From the NCBI GenBank assembly GCA_040006815.1, contig JBDTWF010000010.1, forward strand, positions 1-29,894: 29,894 nucleotides of DNA, given 5' to 3'. This stretch comes from Candidatus Moraniibacteriota bacterium. Its GTDB lineage: Bacteria > Patescibacteriota > Minisyncoccia > Moranbacterales > UBA1568. Under the pieces are notes generated by a model. The model worked only from the letters and a program-made list of their open reading frames with translations, had not been told where the DNA came from and did not search any database. This document shows, one piece after another, positions 1-8,802 of this stretch (the stretch's first letter is position 1; every line of letters starts with the position of its first letter). A program made the position numbers and the translations under genes.

Positions 1-2
1 TT

Positions 3-629
3 TTTTTGGAGAAAGATCCCCAGCGCCAAAAAACCAGTTATGCCAAAGTAGAACGATGCAACATGCGGATCAGGAAAAAAAGCTGTCGCTCGAAGAACGG
101 TCTCTCCGCCAATATTAACAAGAAGGCTCGGGTACTCCGCTACAGCCATCCCGAGATTCTCGCCCAAGAAAAAGGGCAGGGCGTTCTGCGAAAGCCAAAA
201 AAATATTTTTTCTCCCCCGACTATAAATTGTGCTCCGAACAAAGCAAGGCTTATCAAAGCCGCGAGGGTGCCCCCAGCGACAAGGGCAGAAAGCCATCTC
301 TGGAACACTTTTTGATCCTCCGCTAAGTCGTAGAAAACAAAGATGAGTGGAAAGAAATTCAGGAGAAAGAAGAGCTTCCGAAGGGCAAAGTTTGTGTCTG
401 TCGCCCAAAGAAGCGAGGCGGCCGAGAGAAAAAGGAAGGAAAGGACAGCTCCAGTAAAAAGAGAGGGAGGGAGGGATATTGATTTTCGGAGAAGGCCCCT
501 CGCAAACCACCACAGAAATATAATAACAGCTAAGACACGAGCGAGAGGAAGGTCAAAGCCCTCGCTCGGATTGAGCGCAAACTGGAAGGGAAGAAAAAAA
601 AGAAAAAATCCAACGAAGCGAGACAACAT
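3..629 (-). CDS. O-antigen ligase/polymerase-like multi-pass membrane protein (runs off the window edge)
   Basis: Not in the ORF track. Translated by hand from ATG at 629, 1 nt after the GT2 stop: MLSRFVGFFLFFLPFQFALNPSEGFDLPLARV...LRATAFFPDPHVASFYFG. Strongly hydrophobic, has an R-x-x-x-F-x-DP motif typical of Wzy/WaaL-like proteins, and follows GT2 and flippase genes. Confidence 0.7.
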   Translation of the reverse strand, partial: MLSRFVGFFLFFLPFQFALNPSEGFDLPLARVLAVIIFLWWFARGLLRKSISLPPSLFTGAVLSFLFLSAASLLWATDTNFALRKLFFLLNFFPLIFVFYDLAEDQKVFQRWLSALVAGGTLAALISLALFGAQFIVGGEKIFFWLSQNALPFFLGENLGMAVAEYPSLLVNIGGETVLRATAFFPDPHVASFYFGITGFLALGIFLQK

Positions 630-630
630 A

Positions 631-1425
631 TCAAGAAAAGAATTTCTGGTAGAGCGGTTGAAGGAAGGAAAGGATGGTCTTTTCTGTTTGTGTCCCATGT
701 TTAGAAAAATATTTCTTCTGACTTTCAAAATAGGCGCGTTTCATGCTTTTGTGCGAAACATGACTCTCTCCACCGGCATGCCGAAAAACAAGGAAGGGGT
801 AGGAAAAGACCGGGAAACTATTCTTTTCCGCCCGCGCACAGAGGTCAACATCTTCGTAATAAAGAAAAAAGCTTTCGTCAAAGCCGCCCAGCGAGAGAAA
901 AACTTCTTTCCGGAGAGCGAGGGCCGCTCCACTCACCCACCCTGCCCTCATAACCCGTGTACCCATAGGCTTTGATCGAAAAAATTTCCCAGAAAAGAGT
1001 CGCCAAAGCGTCGGGAGATCCCCGGAAGACCAAGGCTCATCCCTTCCGGAGGCTGTCTTGAGGAGCATGCCAAATATCCCTTTTGGAAAGAACTCGAGAG
1101 CGCCCCAAAGAGAGAGAAGGTTCCCTTTCTGAAATTCCGCGTCAGGATTCAAGAAAAAAAGAACTTCTCCTTTGGCTTCCGCGGCCCCAAGATTGGCTGC
1201 CTTTCCAAAACCGTAGTTTGCCGGAAGAAGCTTCATTACGGCCCCATACCTCTTTCCAAGAACTTCGATTCTCGCGCTCTCACTCACATCATTATTAACA
1301 AGAATGAACTCGTACGAGAGACCAGAGAGGGGTCCCACCAAAGACGCCAGCGCCTTCTCTAGAAGATCGGCGCTTCGATAATTTACGAAAATGAAGGAGT
1401 AAAGTAGCTCTGGCATATGAGTCAA
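631..1425 (-). CDS. Glycosyltransferase family 2 (WbbL/GalfT-like)
   Basis: FVNY, ILVNND, NYGFGKAANLGA, FFLNPD, WVSGAAL, GGFDESFFLYYEDVDLC motifs. Confidence 0.85.
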   Translation of the reverse strand: MTHMPELLYSFIFVNYRSADLLEKALASLVGPLSGLSYEFILVNNDVSESARIEVLGKRYGAVMKLLPANYGFGKAANLGAAEAKGEVLFFLNPDAEFQKGNLLSLWGALEFFPKGIFGMLLKTASGRDEPWSSGDLPTLWRLFSGKFFRSKPMGTRVMRAGWVSGAALALRKEVFLSLGGFDESFFLYYEDVDLCARAEKNSFPVFSYPFLVFRHAGGESHVSHKSMKRAYFESQKKYFSKHGTQTEKTILSFLQPLYQKFFS

Positions 1426-1431
1426 AAAATA

Positions 1432-2277
1432 TCACGAAGCGTCAGTATACGCCCTCTTTACCTCGCGAGCAATCGGTGTGGGAGAGAGAAAGAGATCGAG
1501 AGTGTTTTTTATCTTACGAAGCAAGAGGAGTGTCTCAATCCACGGCCTCCAATACCACGGGCTCTCGACTCTGAAGAAATGAATGCCCGACCGAACCAAC
1601 CAGTAGGTTTTTTCTGGATTTGTCCGGCTTTTTTCACCATGAAAGACCTTGGCCTTCCTGACAACGCTTGGGGAAAAACCCGCTCGGCGCGCCGAAAGAG
1701 AATAGGCCACATCTTCGTAGTAGAGAAAATAGCTTTCATCAAGGAGGTTAATTTTTTCTACGAGCGTACGAGAAAGAAAAAGGGCACAGCCAGTAAGGTA
1801 CTCGCTCGAAGAAACCTCTTTTTCTTCCGAAGTGGTGAGAAGATGCGTAGCTCGCATACGAAGATAAGAAATTCTCCCTCCAAGGAACCAGAGGGCCTTC
1901 CCGTCCTCGGTGTAGATTACTGGACTGAAAAGGCCGCACTCCGGATGTTCCCGAGCGACTCCCAAGAGTTCTTCAAGAGCCTCTCTCTCCACCACCGTAT
2001 CGTTGTTGAGAAGCCAAAAAAAATCTGCTCCATTGGATGTTCCGAAACGGATTCCCACATTCATTCCGCCCGAAAAACCGAGATTTTTCTTATTTTTTAA
2101 AATCGTAAGCCCTGGAAAACGACTCTCCAACAACACTCTCGACCCATCAGTCGACGCATTATCCACGATAATGACGGCCGGAACGATTGTCCCTGCCAAA
2201 ATTGATTCCATGCATTTTGCGGTCGCCTCTCCGTCGTTCCAGTTCAAGACGATCGCGCAGACCTTCGTATTTTTCAC
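1432..2277 (-). CDS. Glycosyltransferase family 2
   Basis: IVLNWN, IVDNASTD, NLGFSGGMNVG, LLNNDT, LTGCALF, DESYFLYYEDV motifs. Confidence 0.85.
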   Translation of the reverse strand: MKNTKVCAIVLNWNDGEATAKCMESILAGTIVPAVIIVDNASTDGSRVLLESRFPGLTILKNKKNLGFSGGMNVGIRFGTSNGADFFWLLNNDTVVEREALEELLGVAREHPECGLFSPVIYTEDGKALWFLGGRISYLRMRATHLLTTSEEKEVSSSEYLTGCALFLSRTLVEKINLLDESYFLYYEDVAYSLSARRAGFSPSVVRKAKVFHGEKSRTNPEKTYWLVRSGIHFFRVESPWYWRPWIETLLLLRKIKNTLDLFLSPTPIAREVKRAYTDAS

Positions 2278-2286
2278 AGGAATAGT

Positions 2287-3732
2287 TTAGACGAGCGGCA
2301 CTTCTTCACCCTCGTTTTTCTCACTAAAAAGACTCACGATTTCGCTCGAGGTGACGGCCCGGGAGAACCAGAGCGCGGTGGCATAGACCCCCATACCCAC
2401 AAAGCCCGAGACGAGGAGGGGGGCGTTCCGGAGGAGGTAAAAACTTCCGGCCATGAGAAATGCCGAGGTGAGAATGCTTGGAAGACGATCAGGGCGCGGA
2501 AAGTAGTGAAGAACACGATAGGTGAGCATGCCCGTCACGACAATAACCAAAAGCTCCGTGAGGGCCGAGGTAACGGCCGCACCAATGTACGAATAGGCTC
2601 GGATGAGGAAAAGGTTGAGAGAGATGTTGAAGAAAGCGACTCCCAAGAGAACCCCCATGAGCCGTTTTTGCGCATTTCCCACAACGAGAAGCATGTTGAA
2701 ATAGTGTCCGAAGAAGATAAAGGCGAGCGAAAAAATAAGCACCTGAAGGACTTGGGCTGAGGCCTCGAAACCCGCGCCACTAACAATCCTCACAATATGA
2801 GGCGCCAGGAATACCGTTCCAATCACGATGGGGAGGACGATGATAAGAAAGACTTTGAGGGTCTTGTTGGCGATCTCCTGAAAGCGAGGCCGATCATGAT
2901 AAATGGTCCGCGAGAGAAGGGGCATGATGAGCCCCACCAGCATCGCGGGAAAGAAAATGAGGTTCTCCATGATCTTGTAGGCAACATTGTAAATACCCAC
3001 ATCCGAACTGGTGCGGAGAAAGGAGAGAAGGATGGTATCCATCTTGAAGTAGGTAAAAGTGATGATGGTGGTAATGCCGAGAGGAAGGGCCTCGATGACG
3101 AAGTGCTTCCAAAACGGCCAATCAAAGTCGAAGCGGAAGCGGACGAAGCTTCGGCTCAGGAAAAAAACGACGACGGCATTGAAGGCCATGGTAATGAGAT
3201 GGGCGCTCACAATAGCGATAAATCCAAGGTCGAACTTAACGGCGGTAAAAATAACACCGAGCTGAATAAGCTTGCCCACAAACTCCACCATAGCCACGCG
3301 ATCCATAGCCAGGCGCTTTTGGAAAATCCCATTAAGAAAGGTACTAAATTGAGCGAAGAGAAGAGCAAGGGCCACGATAAGAATGCCTATTTTGACATGT
3401 CCGCTGTAGTGGAGAAAATAGACCGCGATGGGGGCGAGGAGGAGAAGGGTAAGGCTGGCCACGAGACGGAGAGCCGCCACATTCCCGAGGATTTTCTCCT
3501 CAGGAGCGCCGTGCCGAGAAATCTCCCGCGCCGCTACCGTAGCCAAGCCAAGGTCAGCGAGAGCTCCAAAAAACGCAAAAAAAGCGAGTACGGTCGCATA
3601 CTCGCCGAAGCCTGATTGACCCAAATACCCCGTCGTCAATCGGATGGAGATGAGGGCAATAAAAACCGTCGAAACGACCTTGAGGGCCGAATTGAAAACG
3701 ACATTATACGCGATTCGTCTCGCGAGAGCCAT
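2287..3732 (-). CDS. Polysaccharide flippase (Wzx/MOP superfamily)
   Basis: 481 aa with roughly 12-14 hydrophobic segments; YLGQSGFGEY, DLGL, DTILLS and DVGIYNVAYK motifs; adjacent GT2 genes. Confidence 0.85.
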   Translation of the reverse strand: MALARRIAYNVVFNSALKVVSTVFIALISIRLTTGYLGQSGFGEYATVLAFFAFFGALADLGLATVAAREISRHGAPEEKILGNVAALRLVASLTLLLLAPIAVYFLHYSGHVKIGILIVALALLFAQFSTFLNGIFQKRLAMDRVAMVEFVGKLIQLGVIFTAVKFDLGFIAIVSAHLITMAFNAVVVFFLSRSFVRFRFDFDWPFWKHFVIEALPLGITTIITFTYFKMDTILLSFLRTSSDVGIYNVAYKIMENLIFFPAMLVGLIMPLLSRTIYHDRPRFQEIANKTLKVFLIIVLPIVIGTVFLAPHIVRIVSGAGFEASAQVLQVLIFSLAFIFFGHYFNMLLVVGNAQKRLMGVLLGVAFFNISLNLFLIRAYSYIGAAVTSALTELLVIVVTGMLTYRVLHYFPRPDRLPSILTSAFLMAGSFYLLRNAPLLVSGFVGMGVYATALWFSRAVTSSEIVSLFSEKNEGEEVPLV

Positions 3733-3745
3733 GTGTTTTTTCGCC

Positions 3746-4255
3746 TTAGAAAAGAGGAGGGGCCTCCTCAGCGTCAGGGTTTTCTGGGCGACGCTTCAAG
3801 AGGATCTTCCTCTCGTCACCACGCCCCACGCTCTCAGTCGTGATGAGTGGGTGTGTTGCAAAAAGCGTGTGAACGAGCTTGCGCTCGAAAGGAAGCATGG
3901 GGCGAAGTGTTACCGGAAGGCTGGTCGATTCAACCTCACGGGCCGCCTCGAGGGCCTCTCTTTCAAGATACACTTTTTTCTCGCGGAAGTAATGATTAAC
4001 GTCAAGAGAAATGGAGGCGTTTTCCGGCTGATCCTTCCTTATGATGAGGCGGACTACATGAAGAAGGGCGGCGATGTTGGCCCCGTGCTGGCCGATAAGA
4101 AGATTTTGTCCATCCGTCAGAGTAATGTCACACATGTACCCGACTCGCCCCTCAGGGAGTGCCTCTTCGCTCGTTTTCACTTCTGCAGTAAATCCAATCT
4201 TCTTCAAAAGATCTTGGACGGCAAGGGTGAGAGTGGCGCGGAATGGCTCTTCCAT
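3746..4255 (-). CDS. jag: Jag/KhpB/EloR-type RNA-binding protein (KH + R3H), short form
   Basis: LIGQHGANIAALLH (KH), LDVNHY, LRPMLPFERKLVH (R3H), TESVGRGDERKI; lies downstream of yidC. Start moved from 4372 to ATG 4255 to remove the overlap with yidC. Confidence 0.8.
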   Translation of the reverse strand: MEEPFRATLTLAVQDLLKKIGFTAEVKTSEEALPEGRVGYMCDITLTDGQNLLIGQHGANIAALLHVVRLIIRKDQPENASISLDVNHYFREKKVYLEREALEAAREVESTSLPVTLRPMLPFERKLVHTLFATHPLITTESVGRGDERKILLKRRPENPDAEEAPPLF

Positions 4256-4274
4256 AACAGTGAGGGGAAAATGA

Positions 4275-4991
4275 TTAGTGGTGACGACTGAAAATCCATT
4301 TCTGCTGGGCCCACGAGAGAAGCGTCGAGACAAACCAGTAGAGTGTGAGGGCGGCTGGGAAGGTGATGCCAATCACAAAGGTGAGGCCAGGACCGAGATA
4401 GAGCATTTGCTTGTTCATCATGCCCATCATGTCTACTTCGCCTTCTTTTTTTTCGGCCACTGGGCGGCTCGGCATGAGCATTTTGGTTTGAAAATACTGG
4501 ACGAGGGCGGCTAGGGCAGCGAGCCAATAGCTCTTTTCGAGGAGATTAAGGAAGCCAAAGGCGATCGGGTGAATGGTTTCAGGATTCTTGACGAATGAAT
4601 ATAAATCGTTTGGATTAGCCACTAAACCAGCTTGAGCAAGCGTAATAATGACCCGATAAATCGCGATAAAAAAGACGATCTGAATGATGAGAGGAAGGCA
4701 GCCCGCAAACGGATTTACCTTATTCTCTTTGTAGCATTCCATCATAGCCTTGGTCTGTTTTTCCTTGTCACCCTTGTACTTCTCCTGGATCTCTTTTAGC
4801 TTCGGCTGGATCTCCTGCATCTTTTTCTGAGAGGTGATCTGCTTTTGGGAAAGGGGGAGAAAGAGGGTTTTAATGAGAGCGGTAGTCAAGACAATAGCCA
4901 AGCCAAAATCGCTCCATGGGAGGGCCTCGTAGAGGAAAATGAGGATATTATAGACGGGCTGATAGATGAAACTGTGGAAAAGAGCTCCCAT
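4275..4991 (-). CDS. yidC: Membrane protein insertase YidC/Oxa1, short form
   Basis: FGLAIVLTT, MQEIQPKLKEIQEKYK, YKENKVNPFAGCLPLIIQ, FPAALTLYW, QQ motifs. Confidence 0.9.
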   Translation of the reverse strand: MGALFHSFIYQPVYNILIFLYEALPWSDFGLAIVLTTALIKTLFLPLSQKQITSQKKMQEIQPKLKEIQEKYKGDKEKQTKAMMECYKENKVNPFAGCLPLIIQIVFFIAIYRVIITLAQAGLVANPNDLYSFVKNPETIHPIAFGFLNLLEKSYWLAALAALVQYFQTKMLMPSRPVAEKKEGEVDMMGMMNKQMLYLGPGLTFVIGITFPAALTLYWFVSTLLSWAQQKWIFSRHH

Positions 4992-4994
4992 AAA

Positions 4995-5339
4995 TTATTT
5001 TTTTGGTTGAATAAATTTTTGGATAAGGAGGTCGGCCTTTCCCTCAAAGCGTGAGAAGGTCTCATCGGCGAGTTTTTTCTGGAAAAGAAGGACGAGGTGA
5101 AGGTGTGGTGGGAGGAGGGGGAGGCGAGGACGAAGAGCGGCGAGAATTTTCCGTTTGTAGAGGTGGCGCGTCGCTGCTTTCGGAAAGGCTTTCCCTTTGA
5201 AAGCGACTCCGATTTTCGTCTCCTTCTCTTTCTCTGTCGTAAAAAGACAAAGAATTTCTCCTAAATGAAGGGTTTTTCCGCCACGAAAGGCCTGCTCAAA
5301 GTTCTCTTTCGCCCGAAGCCTCGCCTTTTTGGGAAGCAT
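4995..5339 (-). CDS. rnpA: Ribonuclease P protein component (divergent)
   Basis: MLPKKARLRAKENFEQAFRGGK N-terminus, KIGV strand, and position between rpmH and yidC. The RNR motif is degenerate (ATRHLYKR). Confidence 0.75.
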   Translation of the reverse strand: MLPKKARLRAKENFEQAFRGGKTLHLGEILCLFTTEKEKETKIGVAFKGKAFPKAATRHLYKRKILAALRPRLPLLPPHLHLVLLFQKKLADETFSRFEGKADLLIQKFIQPKK

Positions 5340-5347
5340 AGGGTGTT

Positions 5348-5485
5348 TTAGACGGTAGTAAGTTTCTTTCTCCCTTTACGCCGCCGGGCCGTGATAACAC
5401 GCGTTCCGGTAGCGGTTCGCATGCGCTTCAAAAATCCATGCCGACGAGCTCGGCGGCGTGTTTTCGGTTGATAGGTGCGCTTCAT
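5348..5485 (-). CDS. rpmH: 50S ribosomal protein L34
   Basis: Not in the ORF track. Hand translation: [45 protein letters not shown]. Divergent from dnaA. Confidence 0.95.
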   Translation of the reverse strand: MKRTYQPKTRRRARRHGFLKRMRTATGTRVITARRRKGRKKLTTV

Positions 5486-5514
5486 AGGAAACCCCTTAAA
5501 AAATATATAGTCTG

Positions 5515-5543
5515 ATTTTAGGCGAAATAAGGGAAAAAGTCAA
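5515..5543 (-). promoter_or_regulatory. Sigma70-type promoter for the rpmH operon
   Basis: Minus strand TTGACT-17 nt-TAAAAT. Confidence 0.7.
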
Positions 5544-5563
5544 TAAATAGCGGTCTTTTGGGG

Positions 5564-5594
5564 TTGTCCACGGATTGTCCACATATTATGCACT
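5564..5594 (+). promoter_or_regulatory. Three tandem DnaA-box-like sites upstream of dnaA
   Basis: TTGTCCACG (5564-5572), TTGTCCACA (5575-5583) and TTATGCACT (5586-5594), at 11-nt periodicity, compared with the TTWTNCACA consensus. Confidence 0.7.
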
Positions 5595-5675
5595 TGTGAC
5601 CCTCGATGAGATCCTTATTTGGTGATAAAATAAAGTCTACTCACTTTTTTCAATACCGAACCACCCCTCCTTTTT

Positions 5676-7085
5676 ATGACGCATACCGAACTCTGGAAAG
5701 CCGCCCTTGGCCAGATTGAGCTTTCTCTTTCGAAGGCTAATTTTGTTACCTGGTTCAAAAACACCTCAATCCTCAGTTTTGAGAATGGGATAGCCACCAT
5801 TAATGTCCCCAACGGCTTTGCGAAGGAGTGGTTGGAGAATAAATATAATTTATACATTCTTAAGGCTCTCAAAAGCCTTGATCCAACCACCCAAGAGATC
5901 CGCTGTATCATCTCACAAAATAATAACACACAACAAAATAATCAAACAGTCAAGAGATTAGACGCTATCCAGGGCGGTATTAGCGCTCAAGCAGGGGCTT
6001 TCACCCGGAAAAAGATCCCTAATGAGGTAAGTTTGTCCCGAAATAGTGGCCAAAATAGCGTCTTTGAGAGCCATTTAAACCCTCGTTACACTTTTGACAA
6101 CTTTATTGTGGCTGAAAACAACGAATTAGCTCGGGCGGCTTGTTTTGCGGTTTCCCAGAACCTCGGTCACCTCTATAATCCACTCTTTATCTACGGTGGG
6201 GTCGGGCTCGGAAAAACACATCTCCTCCAGGGGCTCGGAAACGAAATTATGCGTCAGCACAGCGACAAGAGGGTAAAATACATCACTTCCGAACGCTTCA
6301 CGACCGAGCTTGTTGATTCTATTAAAAACCAGACCATTGACCAGTTTAAGCGCACCTATGAGGAGATTGACCTTCTTATTATTGATGATATCCAGTTTCT
6401 CTCCGGCCGCGAAAAGACTCAGAATGAATTTTTCCACATCTTTAACGCCCTCTACCAGCTCAATAAGCAGATTGTCATCTCAAGCGACCGGCCACCGAAG
6501 GCCATCCCCACTCTTGAGGAGCGCCTTCGCTCGCGATTTGAAGGAGGGATGATTGCTGATATCAGTAAACCGAGTCTCGAAACCCGTATCGCCATTCTGG
6601 AAACAAAGGCGAAGGAGAAAGGGATAGCCCTTGATAGTGAAAGTATCCAGTTTATTGCAACCCACATCACTCAAAATATCCGCGAGCTCGAGGGGGCTCT
6701 TTCGCGCATCATGGCCTACAGTGAGTTCCAAAAAGTCCCTCTCACCCTTTCTCTGGTTCAGAAGGTCTTGGGAGAACTCATCACTCGAAGCAAGAAAAAT
6801 ATCAAACAAGAAGACATCCTCCGGGTCATCATGGATTTTTATGGCATTTCGGAAAATGATCTTGTGAAGAAAGGGAGAAAAAAAGAGGTGGCTCATCCGC
6901 GCCAGATCGCCATGTACCTCATGCGAACCGAACTTGATACCCCCCTTTCAAGTATTGGTGAATTTTTTGGTGGGCGCGACCACACAACCGTTCTCCACGC
7001 AGTAGAAAAAATAGAAAGGATAAAAGAAACAAATCTCCGAATTAAAGAAGAAATTATGAGTTTACGGGACCGGCTCCAAGTATAA
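5676..7085 (+). CDS. dnaA: Chromosomal replication initiator DnaA
   Basis: YTFDNF, NPLFIYGGVGLGKTHL (Walker A), LLIIDDIQF (Walker B), RLRSRFEGG, NIRELEGAL, GGRDHTTVLHA. Confidence 0.98.
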   Translation: MTHTELWKAALGQIELSLSKANFVTWFKNTSILSFENGIATINVPNGFAKEWLENKYNLYILKALKSLDPTTQEIRCIISQNNNTQQNNQTVKRLDAIQGGISAQAGAFTRKKIPNEVSLSRNSGQNSVFESHLNPRYTFDNFIVAENNELARAACFAVSQNLGHLYNPLFIYGGVGLGKTHLLQGLGNEIMRQHSDKRVKYITSERFTTELVDSIKNQTIDQFKRTYEEIDLLIIDDIQFLSGREKTQNEFFHIFNALYQLNKQIVISSDRPPKAIPTLEERLRSRFEGGMIADISKPSLETRIAILETKAKEKGIALDSESIQFIATHITQNIRELEGALSRIMAYSEFQKVPLTLSLVQKVLGELITRSKKNIKQEDILRVIMDFYGISENDLVKKGRKKEVAHPRQIAMYLMRTELDTPLSSIGEFFGGRDHTTVLHAVEKIERIKETNLRIKEEIMSLRDRLQV

Positions 7086-7087
7086 GG

Positions 7088-7300
7088 CGTGGATAAGTCT
7101 GTATAAAGCGGTTTTTTCTGTGGATACTTTTTAGAAGAGTCCCCCCTTAGAGGAGAGAAATAATAAAAAGAAAGAAAGTTTCATCACTTCCCTTTTTTAC
7201 CCTCCATTTTTATATACCTATCTAATAGCTTTAATAAAAGGAAATTCTCTCTTCCCCACATATCCACAGGACTAGTAATAATAATAATTTATATAATATA
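7088..7300. other. Predicted oriC unwinding region between dnaA and dnaN
   Basis: DnaA-box-like CGTGGATAA (7088-7096), TGTGGATAC (7119-7127), TTCCCCACA (7252-7260) and ATATCCACA (7260-7268), then GGA, a trinucleotide repeat CTA-GTA-ATA-ATA-ATA-ATT, and an AT-only stretch. Confidence 0.8.
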
Positions 7301-7321
7301 CTCTAATATTCATTACTCACT

Positions 7322-8455
7322 ATGAATGCCATCTGCACCCAAGAAAATTTAGAAAATGCCCTCTTTGCTCTTGAGCGTGTTGTAGGAAAACAGAGCTCAC
7401 TTCCTATTCTTTCAAACATCCTTATTGAAACAGAAAAGGGGCAATTAAAGCTTTCGGCCACAAACCTGGAAATAGGAGTGGTTGTCTCGCTCGGAGCGAA
7501 GATTGAAAAAGAGGGAAAGATTACTGTTCCAGCAAAACTTCTTAGTACATTCATACAGAATTTACCGAGCGGCCAACTCGTTGAGCTTCACCAAGAAGGC
7601 CTTACTCTCTATTTAAAGAGTGAGCGCCATCAAGTGAGTATTAAAGGTTTGGATGGAAAAGATTTTCCTATTATTCCTCGGTTCCGAGGTGAGTATGAAT
7701 TTGTTTTACCAGCCCAAGGGTTAAAAGAGGCTTTTCAAAAGGTGCTTTTCTCTGTTTCCTTAAATGAAAGTCGGGTTGAGCTTACTGGGGTTCAATGCCT
7801 TTTTGAAGAAGGGCTGATCGCTTTTGCGGCAACGGACAGTTTTCGTTTAAGTGAATACCGGCTTCCTCTAGAAAAAGGAAAAACAGAGGGGTATGATGAA
7901 TTTTGTGAGAAGAATCCATCCCTTCTTATTCCCTCAGCGACGCTTCAAGAGGTCCTTCGAGTGATTGGAGTGAAGAGTGCTGACGTGACGGTTGCGGTAG
8001 AGGAAAACCAGCTCTTTTTTAACATAGACGGTATAGAAATTATCTCCCGGCTTATTAATGGGCGCTACCCAGACTATCAGCAGATTATTCCGAAAGCCTT
8101 TTCTCAGAAAGCGACCATGAAAAAGGAAGCGCTCGTGAGAGCTCTGAAAATGGCGACCTCCTTCTCGCTGTACAGCTCGGGCGAAGTGAAGTTTGTGTTT
8201 AATGGGGAAAAACACGAGGTGACGGTATCGGCCGAATCTCAAGAGGTGGGGACAAATGAAACCACACTTGATTTTAAGGGCTCTCTCACTGAGAGCGGTC
8301 CGGTTGTTTTCAATCCACGATATATCCTTGAGGGTGTGAATGCCCTTCCGGGGGAGAATGTTGTTTTCTCATTTAATTCCCCAACCACACCCGTGCTTAT
8401 TGAGGCAGAGGAGATCATCCCCTTTCTTTATATTGTGATGCCGATCCGGAAATAA
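7322..8455 (+). CDS. dnaN: DNA polymerase III beta sliding clamp
   Basis: LPILSNILIE, LSATNLEI, DFP, ATDSFRL, SRLINGRYPDYQQIIP, FNPRY, YIVMPIR. Confidence 0.97.
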   Translation: MNAICTQENLENALFALERVVGKQSSLPILSNILIETEKGQLKLSATNLEIGVVVSLGAKIEKEGKITVPAKLLSTFIQNLPSGQLVELHQEGLTLYLKSERHQVSIKGLDGKDFPIIPRFRGEYEFVLPAQGLKEAFQKVLFSVSLNESRVELTGVQCLFEEGLIAFAATDSFRLSEYRLPLEKGKTEGYDEFCEKNPSLLIPSATLQEVLRVIGVKSADVTVAVEENQLFFNIDGIEIISRLINGRYPDYQQIIPKAFSQKATMKKEALVRALKMATSFSLYSSGEVKFVFNGEKHEVTVSAESQEVGTNETTLDFKGSLTESGPVVFNPRYILEGVNALPGENVVFSFNSPTTPVLIEAEEIIPFLYIVMPIRK

Positions 8456-8468
8456 AGAGAAAAGGAGC

Positions 8469-8756
8469 ATGGAAACACTCAAATCATTTCTTCATAAGAA
8501 ACGAGAAGAGAGCCCGAAGCTTGAGCTGGATGAAAAAACAGTTTTTTATCTTTTCCAAAAAATTGTTAGGGCAGAATATGGGGAGCGCGGAGCAACGGTG
8601 ATCGAGTCGGTATATTTACGAGAGGGCATTCTTGGGCTTCGTGCGGCGAATCCTCTTTGGGCAAACGAACTTTGGCTTCAGCGGGGGAGTCTTCTCACAC
8701 GTCTTAATAAAGAGATTGGGGAAGAGATCGTGAAGGATTTGAAGATCTTTCACTAA
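8469..8756 (+). CDS. DciA/DUF721-like small protein
   Basis: 95 aa with the pattern GILGLRAANPLWANELWLQRGSLLTRLNKEIGEEIVKDL, which resembles the DUF721 KH-like core; GGAG SD; directly after dnaN. Confidence 0.6.
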   Translation: METLKSFLHKKREESPKLELDEKTVFYLFQKIVRAEYGERGATVIESVYLREGILGLRAANPLWANELWLQRGSLLTRLNKEIGEEIVKDLKIFH

Positions 8757-8768
8757 AAAAGGAAAAAC

Positions 8769-8793
8769 AAAAACCCCCAAGAAAGGGGTTTTT
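8769..8793. terminator. Bidirectional intrinsic terminator between convergent genes
   Basis: AAAAACCCC-caagaaa-GGGGTTTTT. Confidence 0.8.
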
Positions 8794-8802
8794 AAGAAAG
8801 AT

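Noticed and set aside
343-975. Lys/Arg-rich plus-strand ORF
   Set aside because: Mirror of Phe/Leu-rich membrane and GT genes on the minus strand.
4256-4372. N-terminal extension of jag in the track
   Set aside because: Overlaps the end of yidC; ATG 4255 gives a normal short Jag.
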